Assembly: GCA_964276515.1 (NCBI GenBank)
Contig: OZ193910.1
Span: 6,944,001 to 7,008,000 of the forward strand
Origin: Gordius albopunctatus
Lineage: Eukaryota
Direction: 5' to 3'
DNA: 64,000 nucleotides
Both the position numbers and the translations under genes were made by a program. Shown here piece after piece: positions 1-14,721 of this stretch (positions are counted from its first letter, which is position 1; each line of letters begins with the position of its first letter). Under the pieces are notes generated by a model that was not told the origin of the DNA, made no database searches, and worked only from the letters and a program-made list of their open reading frames with translations.

Positions 1-3000
1 TCGCTTTATAAGCGTGTCTCTAGTTTTAGTGAAACAAGCTCTATGCGATCGTGATTTAGAGTTAATAATTTTTGATGACTGATCAAAAAAATGTTTTTCA
101 AGGAATTCATCTCTTATACGGAAAACTTTCATGAGAGCTATATGGTTGAACAAAAAAATTGAAAAAATTTTGAGGTCGAAAAAAATATTTTTTTTCATAT
201 TCTTTCGAAAAGGAGATGAAAAAAGAATTTTTGCGTGGGGGATGTTTGAGATTGAGAGAAATTAAAATTTTCGTGTTGCGTTTAGATTGTTTCAATATCG
301 CTTTATAAGCGTGTCTCTAGTTTTAGTGAAACAAGCTCTATGCGATCGTGATTTACAGTTAATAATTTTTGATGACTGATCAAAAAAATGTTTTTCAAGG
401 AATTCACCTCTTATACCGAAAACTTTCATGAGAGCTATATGGTTGAACAAAAAAATTGAAAAAATTTTGAGGTCGAAAAAAATATTATTTTTCAAATTCT
501 TTCGAAAAGGAGATAAAAAAAGAATTTTTGCGTGGGGGATGTTTGAGATTGAGAGAAATTAAAATTTTCGTGTTGCGTTTAGATTGTTTCAATATCGCTT
601 TATAAGCGTGTCTCTAGTTTTAGTGAAACAAGCTCTATGCGATGGTGATTCAGAGTTAATAATTTTTGATGACTGATCAAAAAAATGTTTTTCAAGGAAT
701 TCACCTCTTATACCGAAAACTTTCATGAGAACTATATGGTTGAACAAAAAAATTGAAAAAATTTTGAGGTCGAAAAAAATATTATTTTTCATATTCTTTC
801 GAAAGGGAGATGAAAAAATCTTTAAAAGTTATTAAATATTCTTAGCATTTTGTCCTTGTTAGAATCTTGATAGAAATTTATGCGTGGGGGGATGTTTTAG
901 ATTGAGAGAAATTAAAATTTAGGTGTTGAGTTTATATTGTTTCTATATCGCTTTATAAGCGTGTCTCTAGTTTTAGTGTAACAAGCTCTATGCGATCGTG
1001 ATTTAGAGTTAATAATTTTTGATGACTGATCAAAAAAATGTTTTTCAAGGAATTCACCTCTTATACCGAAAACTTTCATGAGAACTATATGGTTGAACAA
1101 AAAAATTAAAACAATTTTGAGGTCGAAAAAAATATTATTTTTCATATTCTTTCGAAAGGGAGATGAAAAAATCTTTAAAAGTTAGTAAATATTCTTAGCA
1201 TTTTGTCCTTGTTAGAATCTTGATAGGAATTTTTGCGTGGGGGGATGTTTGAGATTGAGAGAAATTAAAATTTAGGTGTTGAGTTTATATTGTTTCTATA
1301 TCGCTTTATAAGCGTGTCTCTAGTTTTAGTGAAACAAGCTCTATGCGATCGTGATTTAGAGTTAATAATTTTTGATGACTGATCAAAAAAATGTTTTTCA
1401 AGCAATTCACCTCTTATACCGAAAACTTTCATGAGAGCTATATGGTTGAACCAAAAAATTGAAAAAATTTTGAGGTCGAAAAAAATATTATTTTTCAAAT
1501 TCCTTCGAAAGGGAGATGAAAAAATCTTTAAAAGTTAGTAAATATTCTTAGAATTTATTCCTTGTTAGAATCTTGATAGGAATTTTTGCGTTGGCGATGT
1601 TTGAGATTGAGAGAAATAAAAATTTTAGTGTGGCGTTTAGATTGATTCAATATCGCTTTATAAGCGTGTCTCTAGTTTTAGTGAAACAAGCTCTATGCGA
1701 TCGTGATTTAGAGTTAATAATTTTTGATGACTGATCAAAAAAATGTTTTTCAAGGAATTCATCTCTTATACGGAAAACTTTCATGAGAGCTATATGGTTG
1801 AACAAAAAAATTGAAAAAATTTTGAGGTCGAAAAAAATATTTTTTTTCATATTCTTTCGAAAAGGAGATGAAAAAATCTTTAAAAGTTAGTAAATATTCT
1901 TAGCATTTTGTCCTTGTTAGAATCTTGATAGAAATTTATGCGTGGGGGGATGTTTTAGATTGAGAGAAATTAAAATTTAGGTGTTGAGTTTATATTGTTT
2001 CAATATCGCTTTATAAGCGTGTCTCTAGTTTTAGTGAAACAAGCTCTATGCGATCGTGATTTAAAGTTAATAATTTTTGATGACTGATCAAAAAAATGTT
2101 TTTCAAGGAATTCATCTCTTATACGGAAAACTTTCATGAGAGCTATATGGTTGAACAAAAAAAATTAAAACAATTTTGAGGTCGAAAAAAATATTATTTT
2201 TCATATTCTTTCGAAAGGGAGATGAAAAAATCTTTAAAAGTTATTAAATATTCTTAGCATTTTGTCCTTGTTAGAATCTTGATAGGAATTTTTGCGTGGG
2301 TTATGTTTGAGATTGAGAGAAATTAAAATTTAGGTGTTGAGTTTATATTGTTTCAATATCGCTTTATAAGCGTGTCTCTAGTTTTAGTGAAACAAGCTCT
2401 ATGCGATCGTGATTTAGAGTTAATAATTTTTGATGACTGATCAAAAAAATGTTTTTCAAGGAATTCATCTCTTATACGGAAAACTTTCATGAGAGCTATA
2501 TGGTTGAACAAAAAAATTGAAAACAATTTTGAGGTCGAAAAAAATATTATTTTTCATATTCTTTCGAAAGGGAGATGAAAAAATCTTTAAAAGTTATTAA
2601 ATATTCTTAGCATTTTGTCCTTGTTAGAATCTTGATAGGAATTTTTGCGTGGGTTATGTTTGAGATTGAGAGAAATTAAAATTTAGGTGTTGAGTTTATA
2701 TTGTTTCAATATCGCTTTATAAGCGTGTCTCTAGTTTTAGTGAAACAAGCTCTATGCGATCGTGATTTAGAGTTAATAATTTTTGATGACTGATCAAAAA
2801 AATGTTTTTCAAGGAATTCATCTCTTATACGGAAAACTTTCATGAGAGCTATATGGTTGAACAAAAAAATTGAAAAAATTTTGAGGTCGAAAAAAATATT
2901 ATTTTTCATATTCTTTCGAAAGGGAGATGAAAAAATCTTTAAAAGTTAATAAATATTCTTAGCATTTTGTCCTTGTTAGAATCTTGATAGGAATTTTTGC

Positions 3001-5175
3001 GTGGGGGGATGTTTTAGATTGAGAGAAATTAAAATTTAGGTGTTGAGTTTATATTGTTTCAATATCGCTTTATAAGCGTGTCTCTAGTTTTAGTGAAACA
3101 AGGTCTATGCGATCGTGATTTAGAGTTAATAATTTTTGATGACTGATCAAAAAAATGTTTTTCAAGGAATTCACCTTTTATACCGAAAACTTTCATGAGA
3201 ACTATATGGTTGAACAAAAAAATTGAAAAAATTTTGAGGTCGAAAAAAATATTATTTTTCATATTCTTTCGAAAGGGAGATGAAAAAATCTTTAAAAGTT
3301 AGTAAATATTCTTAGCATTTTGTCCTTGTTAGAATCTTGATAGAAATTTATGCGTGGGGGGATGTTTTAGATTGAGAGAAATTAAAATTTAGGTGTTGAG
3401 TTTATATTGTTTCAATATCGCTTTATAAGCGTGTCTCTAGTTTTAGTGAAACAAGCTCTATGCGATCGTGATTTAGAGTTAATAATTTTTGATGACTGAT
3501 CAAAAAAATGTTTTTCAAGGAATTCATCTCTTATACGGAAAACTTTCATGAGAGCTATATGGTTGAACAAAAAAAATTAAAACAATTTTGAGGTCGAAAA
3601 AAATATTATTTTTCATATTCTTTCGAAAGGGAGATGAAAAAATCTTTAAAAGTTATTAAATATTCTTAGCATTTTGTCCTTGTTAGAATCTTGATAGGAA
3701 TTTTTGCGTGGGTTATGTTTGAGATTGAGAGAAATTAAAATTTAGGTGTTGAGTTTATATTGTTTCAATATCGCTTTATAAGCGTGTCTCTAGTTTTAGT
3801 GAAACAAGCTCTATGCGATCGTGATTTAGAGTTAATAATTTTTGATGACTGATCAAAAAAATGTTTTTCAAGGAATTCATCTCTTATACGGAAAACTTTC
3901 ATGAGAGCTATATGGTTGAACAAAAAAATTGAAAAAATTTTGAGGTCGAAAAAAATATTATTTTTCATATTCTTTCGAAAGGGAGATGAAAAAATCTTTA
4001 AAAGTTAATAAATATTCTTAGCATTTTGTCCTTGTTAGAATCTTGATAGGAATTTTTGCGTGGGGGGATGTTTTAGATTGAGAGAAATTAAAATTTAGGT
4101 GTTGAGTTTATATTGTTTCAATATCGCTTTATAAGCGTGTCTCTAGTTTTAGTGAAACAAGGTCTATGCGATCGTGATTTAGAGTTAATAATTTTTGATG
4201 ACTGATCAAAAAAATGTTTTTCAAGGAATTCACCTTTTATACCGAAAACTTTCATGAGAACTATATGGTTGAACAAAAAAATTGAAAAAATTTTGAGGTC
4301 GAAAAAAATATTATTTTTCATATTCTTTCGAAAGGGAGATGAAAAAATCTTTAAAAGTTAGTAAATATTCTTAGCATTTTGTCCTTGTTAGAATCTTGAT
4401 AGGAATTTTTGCGTGGGGGGATGTTTTAGATTGAGAGAAATTAAAATTTAGGTGTTGAGTTTATATTGTTTCAATATCGCTTTATAAGCGTGTCTCTAGT
4501 TTTAGTGAAACAAGCTCTATGCGATCGTGATTTAGAGTTAATAATTTTTGATGACTGATCAAAAAAATGTTTTTCAAGGAATTCATCTCTTATACGGAAA
4601 ACTTTCATGAGAGCTATATGGTTGAACAAAAAAATTGAAAAAATTTTGAGGTCGAAAAAAATATTATTTTTCATATTCTTTCGAAAGGGAGATGAAAAAA
4701 TCTTTAAAAGTTATTAAATATTCTTAGCATTTTGTCCTTGTTAGAATCTTGATAGGAATTTTTGCGTGGGGGGATGTTTGAGATTGAGAGAAATTAAAAT
4801 TTAGGTGTTGAGTTTATATTGTTTCAATATCGCTTTATAAGCGTGTCTCTAGTTTTAGTGAAACAAGCTCTATGCGATCGTGATTTAGAGTTAATAATTT
4901 TTGATGACTGATCAAAAAAATGTTTTTCAAGCAATTCACCTCTTATACCGAAAACTTTCATGAGAGCTATATGGTTGAACCAAAAAATTGAAAAAATTTT
5001 GAGGTCGAAAAAAATATTATTTTTCAAATTCCTTCGAAAGGGAGATGAAAAAATGTTTAAAAGTTAGTAAATATTCTTAGAATTTTGTCCTTGTTAGAAT
5101 CTTGATAGGAATTTTTGCGTTGGCGATGTTTGAGATTGAGAGAAATAAAAATTTTAGTGTGGCGTTTAGATTGAT

Positions 5176-8100
5176 TCAATATCGCTTTATAAGCGTGTCT
5201 CTAGTTTTAGTGAAACAAGCTCTATGCGATCGTGATTTAGAGTTAATAATTTTTGATGACTGATCAAAAAAATGTTTTTCAAGGAATTCATCTCTTATAC
5301 GGAAAACTTTCATGAGAGCTATATGGTTGAACAAAAAAATTGAAAAAATTTTGAGGTCGAAAAAAATATTTTTTTTCATATTCTTTCGAAAAGGAGATGA
5401 AAAAAGAATTTTTGCGTGGGGGATGTTTGAGATTGAGAGAAATTAAAATTTTCGTGTTGCGTTTAGATTGTTTCAATATCGCTTTATAAGCGTGTCTCTA
5501 GTTTTAGTGAAACAAGCTCTATGCGATGGTGATTCAGAGTTAATAATTTTTGATGACTGATCAAAAAAATGTTTTTCAAGGAATTCACCTCTTATACCGA
5601 AAACTTTCATGAGAACTATATGGTTGAACAAAAAAATTGAAAAAATTTTGAGGTCGAAAAAAATATTATTTTTCATATTGTTTCGAAAAGGAGATGAAAA
5701 AATATTTAAAAGGTATTAAATATTCTTGGCATTTTGTCCTTGTTAGAATCTTGATAGGAATTTTTGCGTGGGGGGATGTTTTAGATTGAGAGAAATTAAA
5801 ATTTAGGTGTTGAGTTTATATTGTTTCAATATCGCTTTATAAGCGTGTCTCTAGTTTTAGTGAAACAAGGTCTATGCGATCGTGATTTAGAGTTAATAAT
5901 TTTTGATGACTGATCAAAAAAATGTTTTTCAAGGAATTCACCTTTTATACCGAAAACTTTCATTAGAACTATATGGTTGAACAAAAAAATTGAAAAAATT
6001 TTGAGGTCGAAAAAAATATTATTTTTCATATTCTTTCGAAAGATAGATGAAAAAATCTTTAAAAGTTAGTAAATATTCTTAGCATTTTGTCCTTGTTAGA
6101 ATCTTGATAGAAATTTATGCGTGGGGGGATGTTTTAGATTGAGAGAAATTAAAATTTAGGTGTTGAGTTTATATTGTTTCAATATCGCTTTATAAGCGTG
6201 TCTCTAGTTTTAGTGAAACAAGCTCTATGCGATCGTGATTTAGAGTTAATAATTTTTGATGACTGATCAAAAAAATGTTTTTCAAGGAATTCATCTCTTA
6301 TACGGAAAACTTTCATGAGAGCTATATGGTTGAAAAAAAAAAATTAAAACAATTTTGAGGTCGAAAAAAATATTTTTTTCATATTCTTTCGAAAGGGAGA
6401 TGAAAAAATCTTTAAAAGTTATTAAATATTCTTAGCATTTTGTCCTTGTTAGAATCTTGATAGGAATTTTTGCGTGGGGGGATGTTTGAGATTGAGAGAA
6501 ATTAAAATTTAGGTGTTGAGTTTATATTGTTTCAATATCGCTTTATAAGCGTGTCTCTAGTTTTAGTGAAACAAGCTCTATGCGATCGTGATTTAGAGTT
6601 AATAATTTTTGATGACTGATCAAAAAAATGTTTTTCAAGGAATTCATCTCTTATACGGAAAACTTTCATGAGAGCTATATGGTTGAACAAAAAAATTGAA
6701 AAAATTTTGAGGTCGAAAAAAATATTATTTTTCATATTCTTTCGAAAGGGAGATGAAAAAATCTTTAAAAGTTAATAAATATTCTTAGCATTTTGTCCTT
6801 GTTAGAATCTTGATAGGAATTTTTGCGTGGGGATATGTTTTAGATTGAGAGAAATTAAAATTTAGGTGTTGAGTTTATATTGTTTCAATATCGCTTTATA
6901 AGCGTGTCTCTAGTTTTAATGAAACAAGCTCTATGCGATCGTGATTTAGAGTTAATAATTTTTGATGACTGATCAAAAAAATGTTTTTAAAGGAATTCAC
7001 CTTTTATACCGAAAACTTTCATGAGAACTATATGGTTGAACAAAAAAATTAAAACAATTTTGAGGTCGAAAAAAATATTATTTTTCATATTCTTTCGAAA
7101 GGGAGATGAAAAAATCTTTAAAAGTTAGTAAATATTCTTAGAATTTTGTCCTTGTTAGAATCTTGATAGAAATTTATGCGTGGGGGGATGTTTTAGATTG
7201 AGAGAAATTAAAATTTAGGTGTTGAGTTTAGATTGATTCAATATCGCTTTATAAGCGTGTCTCTAGTTTTAGTGAAACAAGCTCTATGCGATCGTGATTT
7301 AGAGTTAATAATTTTTGATGACTGATCAAAAAAATGTTTTTCAAGGAATTCATCTCTTATACGGAAAACTTTCATGAGAGCTATATGGTTGAACAAAAAA
7401 ATTGAAAAAATTTTGAGGTCGAAAAAAATATTTTTTTTCATATTCTTTCGAAAAGGAGATGAAAAAAGAATTTTTGCGTGGGGGATGTTTGAGATTGAGA
7501 GAAATTAAAATTTTCGTGTTGCGTTTAGATTGTTTCAATATCGCTTTATAAGCGTGTCTCTAGTTTTAGTGAAACAAGCTCTATGCGATGGTGATTCAGA
7601 GTTAATAATTTTTGATGACTGATCAAAAAAATGTTTTTCAAGGAATTCACCTCTTATACCGAAAACTTTCATGAGAACTATATGGTTGAACAAAAAAATT
7701 GAAAAAATTTTGAGGTCGAAAAAAATATTATTTTTCATATTGTTTCGAAAAGGAGATGAAAAAATATTTAAAAGTTATTAAATATTCTTAGCATTTTGTC
7801 CTTGTTAGAATCTTGATAGGAATTTTTGCGTGGGGGGATGTTTTAGATTGAGAGAAATTAAAATTTAGGTGTTGAGTTTATATTGTTTCAATATCGCTTT
7901 ATAAGCGTGTCTCTAGTTTTAGTGAAACAAGGTCTATGCGATCGTGATTTAGAGTTAATAATTTTTGATGACTGATCAAAAAAATGTTTTTCAAGGAATT
8001 CACCTTTTATACCGAAAACTTTCATTAGAACTATATGGTTGAACAAAAAAATTGAAAAAATTTTGAGGTCGAAAAAAATATTATTTTTCATATTGTTTCG

Positions 8101-11100
8101 AAAAGGAGATGAAAAAATATTTAAAAGTTATTAAATATTCTTGGCATTTTGTCCTTGTTAGAATCTTGATAGGAATTTTTGCGTGGGGGGATGTTTTAGA
8201 TTGAGAGAAATTAAAATTTAGGTGTTGAGTTTATATTGTTTCAATATCGCTTTATAAGCGTGTCTCTAGTTTTAGTGAAACAAGCTCTATGCGATCGTGA
8301 TTTAGAGTTAATAATTTTTGATGACTGATCAAAAAAATGTTTTTCAAGGAATTCACCTTTTATACCGAAAACTTTCATTAGAACTATATGGTTGAACAAA
8401 AAAATTGAAAAAATTTTGAGGTCGAAAAAAATATTTTTTTCATATTCTTTCGAAAGGGAGATGAAAAAATCTTTAAAAGTTATTAAATATTCTTAGCATT
8501 TTGTCCTTGTTAGAATCTTGATAGGAATTTTTGCGTGGGGGGATGTTTGAGATTGAGAGAAATTAAAATTTAGGTGTTGCGTTTAGATTGATTCAATTTC
8601 GCTTTATAAGCGTGTCTCTAGTTTTAGTGAAACAAGCTCTATGCGATCGTGATTTAGAGTTAATAATTTTTGATGACTGATCAAAAAAATGTTTTTCAAG
8701 GAATTCATCTCTTATACGGAAAACTTTCATGAGAGCTATATGGTTGAACAAAAAAATTGAAAAAATTTTGAGGTCGAAAAAAATATTATTTTTCATATTC
8801 TTTCGAAAGGGAGATGAAAAAATCTTTAAAAGTTATTAAATATTCTTAGCATTTTGTCCTTGTTAGAATCTTGATAGAAATTTATGCGTGAGGGGATGTT
8901 TTAGATTGAGAGAAATTAAAATTTAGGTGTTGAGTTTATATTGTTTCTATATCGCTTTATAAGCGTGTCTCTAGTTTTAGTGAAACAAGCTCTATGCGAT
9001 CGTGATTTAGAGTTAATAATTTTTGATGACTGATCAAAAAAATGTTTTTCAAGCAATTCACCTCTTATACCGAAAACTTTCATGAGAGCTATATGGTTGA
9101 ACCAAAAAATTGAAAAAATTTTGAGGTCGAAAAAAATATTATTTTTCAAATTCCTTCGAAAGGGAGATGAAAAAATGTTTAAAAGTTAGTAAATATTCTT
9201 AGAATTTTGTCCTTGTTAGAATCTTGATAGGAATTTTTGCGTTGGCGATGTTTGAGATTGAGAGAAATAAAAATTTTAGTGTGGCGTTTAGATTGATTCA
9301 ATATCGCTTTATAAGCGTGTCTCTAGTTTTAGTGAAACAAGCTCTATGCGATCGTGATTTAGAGTTAATAATTTTTGATGACTGATCAAAAAAATGTTTT
9401 TCAAGGAATTCATCTCTTATACGGAAAACTTTCATGAGAGCTATATGGTTGAACAAAAAAATTGAAAAAATTTTGAGGTCGAAAAAAATATTTTTTTTCA
9501 TATTCTTTCGAAAAGGAGATGAAAAAAGAATTTTTGCGTGGGGGATGTTTGAGATTGAGAGAAATTAAAATTTTCGTGTTGAGTTTATATTGTTTCAATA
9601 TCGCTTTATAAGCGTGTCTCTAGTTTTAGTGAAACAAGCTCTATGCGATCGTGATTTAGAGTTAATAATTTTTGATGACTGATCAAAAAAATGTTTTTCG
9701 AGGAATTCACCTTTTATACCGAAAACTTTCATTAGAACTATATGGTTGAACAAAAAAATTGAAAAAATTTTGAGGTCGAAAAAAATATTATTTTTCATAT
9801 TGTTTCGAAAAGGAGATGAAAAAATATTTAAAAGTTATTAAATATTCTTGGCATTTTGTCCTTGTTAGAATCTTGATAGGAATTTTTGCGTGGGGGGATG
9901 TTTGAGATTGAGAGAAATTAAAATTTAGGTGTTGAGTTTATATTGTTTCAATATCGCTTTATAAGCGTGTCTCTAGTTTTAGTGAAACAAGGTCTATGCG
10001 ATCGTGATTTAGAGTTAATAATTTTTGATGACTGATCAAAAAAATGTTTTTCAAGGAATTCACCTTTTATACCGAAAACTTTCATGAGAACTATATGGTT
10101 GAACAAAAAAATTAAAACAATTTTGAGGTCGAAAAAAATATTTTTTTTCATATTCTTTCGAAAGGGAGATGAAAAAATCTTTAAAAGTTATTAAATATTC
10201 TTAGCATTTTGTCCTTGTTAGAATCTTGATAGGAATTTTTGCGTGGGGGGATGTTTGAGATTGAGAGAAATTAAAATTTAGGTGTTGAGTTTATATTGTT
10301 TCAATATCGCTTTATAAGCGTGTCTCTAGTTTTAGTGAAACAAGCTCTATGCGATCGTGATTTAGAGTTAATAATTTTTGATGACTGATCAAAAAAATGT
10401 TTTTCAAGGAATTCATCTCTTATACGGAAAACTTTCATTAGAACTATATGGTTGAACAAAAAAATTGAAAAAATTTTGAGGTCGAAAAAAATATTATTTT
10501 TCATATTGTTTCGAAAAGGAGATGAAAAAATATTTAAAAGTTATTAAATATTCTTAGCATTTTGTCCTTGTTAGAATCTTGATAGGAATTTTTGCGTGGG
10601 GGGATGTTTTAGATTGAGAGAAATTAAAATTTAGGTGTTGAGTTTATATTGTTTCAATATCGCTTTATAAGCGTGTCTCTAGTTTTAGTGAAACAAGGTC
10701 TATGCGATCGTGATTTAGAGTTAATAATTTTTGATGACTGATCAAAAAAATGTTTTTCGAGGAATTCACCTTTTATACCGAAAACTTTCATTAGAACTAT
10801 ATGGTTGAACAAAAAAATTGAAAAAATTTTGAGGTCGAAAAAAATATTATTTTTCATATTGTTTCGAAAAGGAGATGAAAAAATATTTAAAAGTTATTAA
10901 ATATTCTTGGCATTTTGTCCTTGTTAGAATCTTGATAGGAATTTTTGCGTGGGGGGATGTTTTAGATTGAGAGAAATTAAAATTTAGGTGTTGAGTTTAT
11001 ATTGTTTCAATATCGCTTTATAAGCGTGTCTCTAGTTTTAGTGAAACAAGGTCTATGCGATCGTGATTTAGAGTTAATAATTTTTGATGACTGATCAAAA

Positions 11101-14100
11101 AAATGTTTTTCAAGGAATTCACCTTTTATACCGAAAACTTTCATGAGAGCTATATGGTTGAACAAAAAAATTGAAAAAATTTTGAGGTCGAAAAAAATAT
11201 TATTTTTCATATTCTTTCGAAAAGGAGATGAAAAAAGAATTTTTGCGTGGGGGATGTTTGAGATTGAGAGAAATTAAAATTTTCGTGTTGCGTTTAGATT
11301 GTTTCAATATCGCTTTATAAGCGTGTCTCTAGTTTTAGTGAAACAAGCTCTATGCGATGGTGATTCAGAGTTAATAATTTTTGATGACTGATCAAAAAAA
11401 TGTTTTTCAAGGAATTCACCTCTTATACCGAAAACTTTCATGAGAACTATATGGTTGAACAAAAAAATTGAAAAAATTTTGAGGTCGAAAAAAATATTAT
11501 TTTTCATATTGTTTCGAAAAGGAGATGAAAAAATATTTAAAAGGTATTAAATATTCTTGGCATTTTGTCCTTGTTAGAATCTTGATAGGAATTTTTGCGT
11601 GGGGGGATGTTTTAGATTGAGAGAAATTAAAATTTAGGTGTTGAGTTTATATTGTTTCAATATCGCTTTTTAAGCGTGTCTCTAGTTTTAGTGAAACAAG
11701 GTCTATGCGATCGTGATTTAGAGTTAATAATTTTTGATGACTGATCAAAAAAATGTTTTTCGAGGAATTCACCTTTTATACCGAAAACTTTCATGAGAGC
11801 TATATGGTTGAACAAAAAAATTGAAAAAATTTTGAGGTCGAAAAAAATATTATTTTTCATATTCTTTCGAAAGGGAGATGAAAAAATCTTTAAAAGTTAA
11901 TAAATATTCTTAGCATTTTGTCCTTGTTAGAATCTTGATAGGAATTTTTGCGTGGGGATATGTTTTAGATTGAGAGAAATTAAAATTTAGGTGTTGAGTT
12001 TATATTGTTTCAATATCGCTTTATAAGCGTGTCTCTAGTTTTAATGAAACAAGCTCTATGCGATCGTGATTTAGAGTTAATAATTTTTGATGACTGATCA
12101 AAAAAATGTTTTTAAAGGAATTCACCTTTTATACCGAAAACTTTCATGAGAACTATATGGTTGAACAAAAAAATTAAAACAATTTTGAGGTCGAAAAAAA
12201 TATTATTTTTCATATTCTTTCGAAAGGGAGATGAAAAAATCTTTAAAAGTTAGTAAATATTCTTAGAATTTTGTCCTTGTTAGAATCTTGATAGAAATTT
12301 ATGCGTGGGGGGATGTTTTAGATTGTGAGAAATTAAAATTTAGTTATTGAGTTTAGATTGATTCAATATCGCTTTATAAGCGTGTCTCTAGTTTTAGTGA
12401 AACAAGCTCTATGCGATCGTGATTTAGAGTTAATAATTTTTGATGACTGATCAAAAAAATGTTTTTCAAGGAATTCATCTCTTATACGGAAAACTTTCAT
12501 GAGAGCTATATGGTTGAACAAAAAAATTGAAAAAATTTTGAGGTCGAAAAAAATATTTTTTTTCATATTCTTTCGAAAAGGAGATGAAAAAAGAATTTTT
12601 GCGTGGGGGATGTTTGAGATTGAGAGAAATTAAAATTTTCGTGTTGCGTTTAGATTGTTTCAATATCGCTTTATAAGCGTGTCTCTAGTTTTAGTGAAAC
12701 AAGCTCTATGCGATGGTGATTCAGAGTTAATAATTTTTGATGACTGATCAAAAAAATGTTTTTCAAGGAATTCACCTCTTATACCGAAAACTTTCATGAG
12801 AACTATATGGTTGAACAAAAAAATTGAAAAAATTTTGAGGTCGAAAAAAATATTATTTTTCATATTGTTTCGAAAAGGAGATGAAAAAATATTTAAAAGT
12901 TATTAAATATTCTTAGCATTTTGTCCTTGTTAGAATCTTGATAGGAATTTTTGCGTGGGGGGATGTTTTAGATTGAGAGAAATTAAAATTTAGGTGTTGA
13001 GTTTATATTGTTTCAATATCGCTTTATAAGCGTGTCTCTAGTTTTAGTGAAACAAGGTCTATGCGATCGTGATTTAGAGTTAATAATTTTTGATGACTGA
13101 TCAAAAAAATGTTTTTCGAGGAATTCACCTTTTATACCGAAAACTTTCATTAGAACTATATGGTTGAACAAAAAAATTGAAAAAATTTTGAGGTCGAAAA
13201 AAATATTATTTTTCATATTGTTTCGAAAAGGAGATGAAAAAATATTTAAAAGTTATTAAATATTCTTGGCATTTTGTCCTTGTTAGAATCTTGATAGGAA
13301 TTTTTGCGTGGGGGGATGTTTTAGATTGAGAGAAATTAAAATTTAGGTGTTGAGTTTATATTGTTTCAATATCGCTTTATAAGCGTGTCTCTAGTTTTAG
13401 TGAAACAAGGTCTATGCGATCGTGATTTAGAGTTAATAATTTTTGATGACTGATCAAAAAAATGTTTTAAAAGGAATTCACCTTTTATACCGAAAACTTT
13501 CATTAGAACTATATGGTTGAACAAAAAAATTGAAAAAATTTTGAGGTCGAAAAAAATATTATTTTTCATATTCTTTCGAAAGGGAGATGAAAAAATCTTT
13601 AAAAGTTAGTAAATATTCTTAGCATTTTGTCCTTGTTAGAATCTTGATAGAAATTTATGCGTGGGGGGATGTTTTAGATTGAGAGAAATTAAAATTTAGG
13701 TGTTGAGTTTATATTGTTTCAATATCGCTTTATAAGCGTGTCTCTAGTTTTAGTGAAACAAGCTCTATGCGATCGTGATTTAGAGTTAATAATTTTTGAT
13801 GACTGATCAAAAAAATGTTTTTCAAGGAATTCATCTCTTATACGGAAAACTTTCATGAGAGCTATATGGTTGAACAAAAAAAATTAAAACAATTTTGAGG
13901 TCGAAAAAAATATTTTTTTCATATTCTTTCGAAAGGGAGATGAAAAAATCTTTAAAAGTTATTAAATATTCTTAGCATTTTGTCCTTGTTAGAATCTTGA
14001 TAGGAATTTTTGCGTGGGGGGATGTTTGAGATTGAGAGAAATTAAAATTTAGGTGTTGAGTTTATATTGTTTCAATATCGCTTTATAAGCGTGTCTCTAG

Positions 14101-14721
14101 TTTTAATGAAACAAGCTCTATGCGATCGTGATTTAGAGTTAATAATTTTTGATGACTGATCAAAAAAATGTTTTTAAAGGAATTCACCTTTTATACCGAA
14201 AACTTTCATGAGAACTATATGGTTGAACAAAAAAATTAAAACAATTTTGAGGTCGAAAAAAATATTATTTTTCATATTCTTTCGAAAGGGAGATGAAAAA
14301 ATCTTTAAAAGTTAGTAAATATTCTTAGAATTTTGTCCTTGTTAGAATCTTGATAGAAATTTATGCGTGGGGGGATGTTTTAGATTGAGAGAAATTAAAA
14401 TTTAGTTGTTGAGTTTAGATTGATTCAATATCGCTTTATAAGCGTGTCTCTAGTTTTAGTGAAACAAGCTCTATGCGATCGTGATTTAGAGTTAATAATT
14501 TTTGATGACTGATCAAAAAAATGTTTTTCAAGGAATTCATCTCTTATACGGAAAACTTTCATGAGAGCTATATGGTTGAACAAAAAAATTGAAAAAATTT
14601 TGAGGTCGAAAAAAATATTTTTTTTCATATTCTTTCGAAAAGGAGATGAAAAAAGAATTTTTGCGTGGGGGATGTTTGAGATTGAGAGAAATTAAAATTT
14701 TCGTGTTGCGTTTAGATTGTT
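5176..14721. repeat. Higher-order-repeat domain marked by the 297-bp deletion monomer (6-, 6-, 5-, 4-, 6-mer units)
   Basis: The deletion junction gatgaaaaaa|gaattttt lies at ~5405, 7467, 9527, 11236, 12592 and 14654. Spacings are 2062, 2060, 1709, 1356 and 2062, i.e. n x 353 + 297 (the 2060 unit is 2 bp short). Confidence 0.88.
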
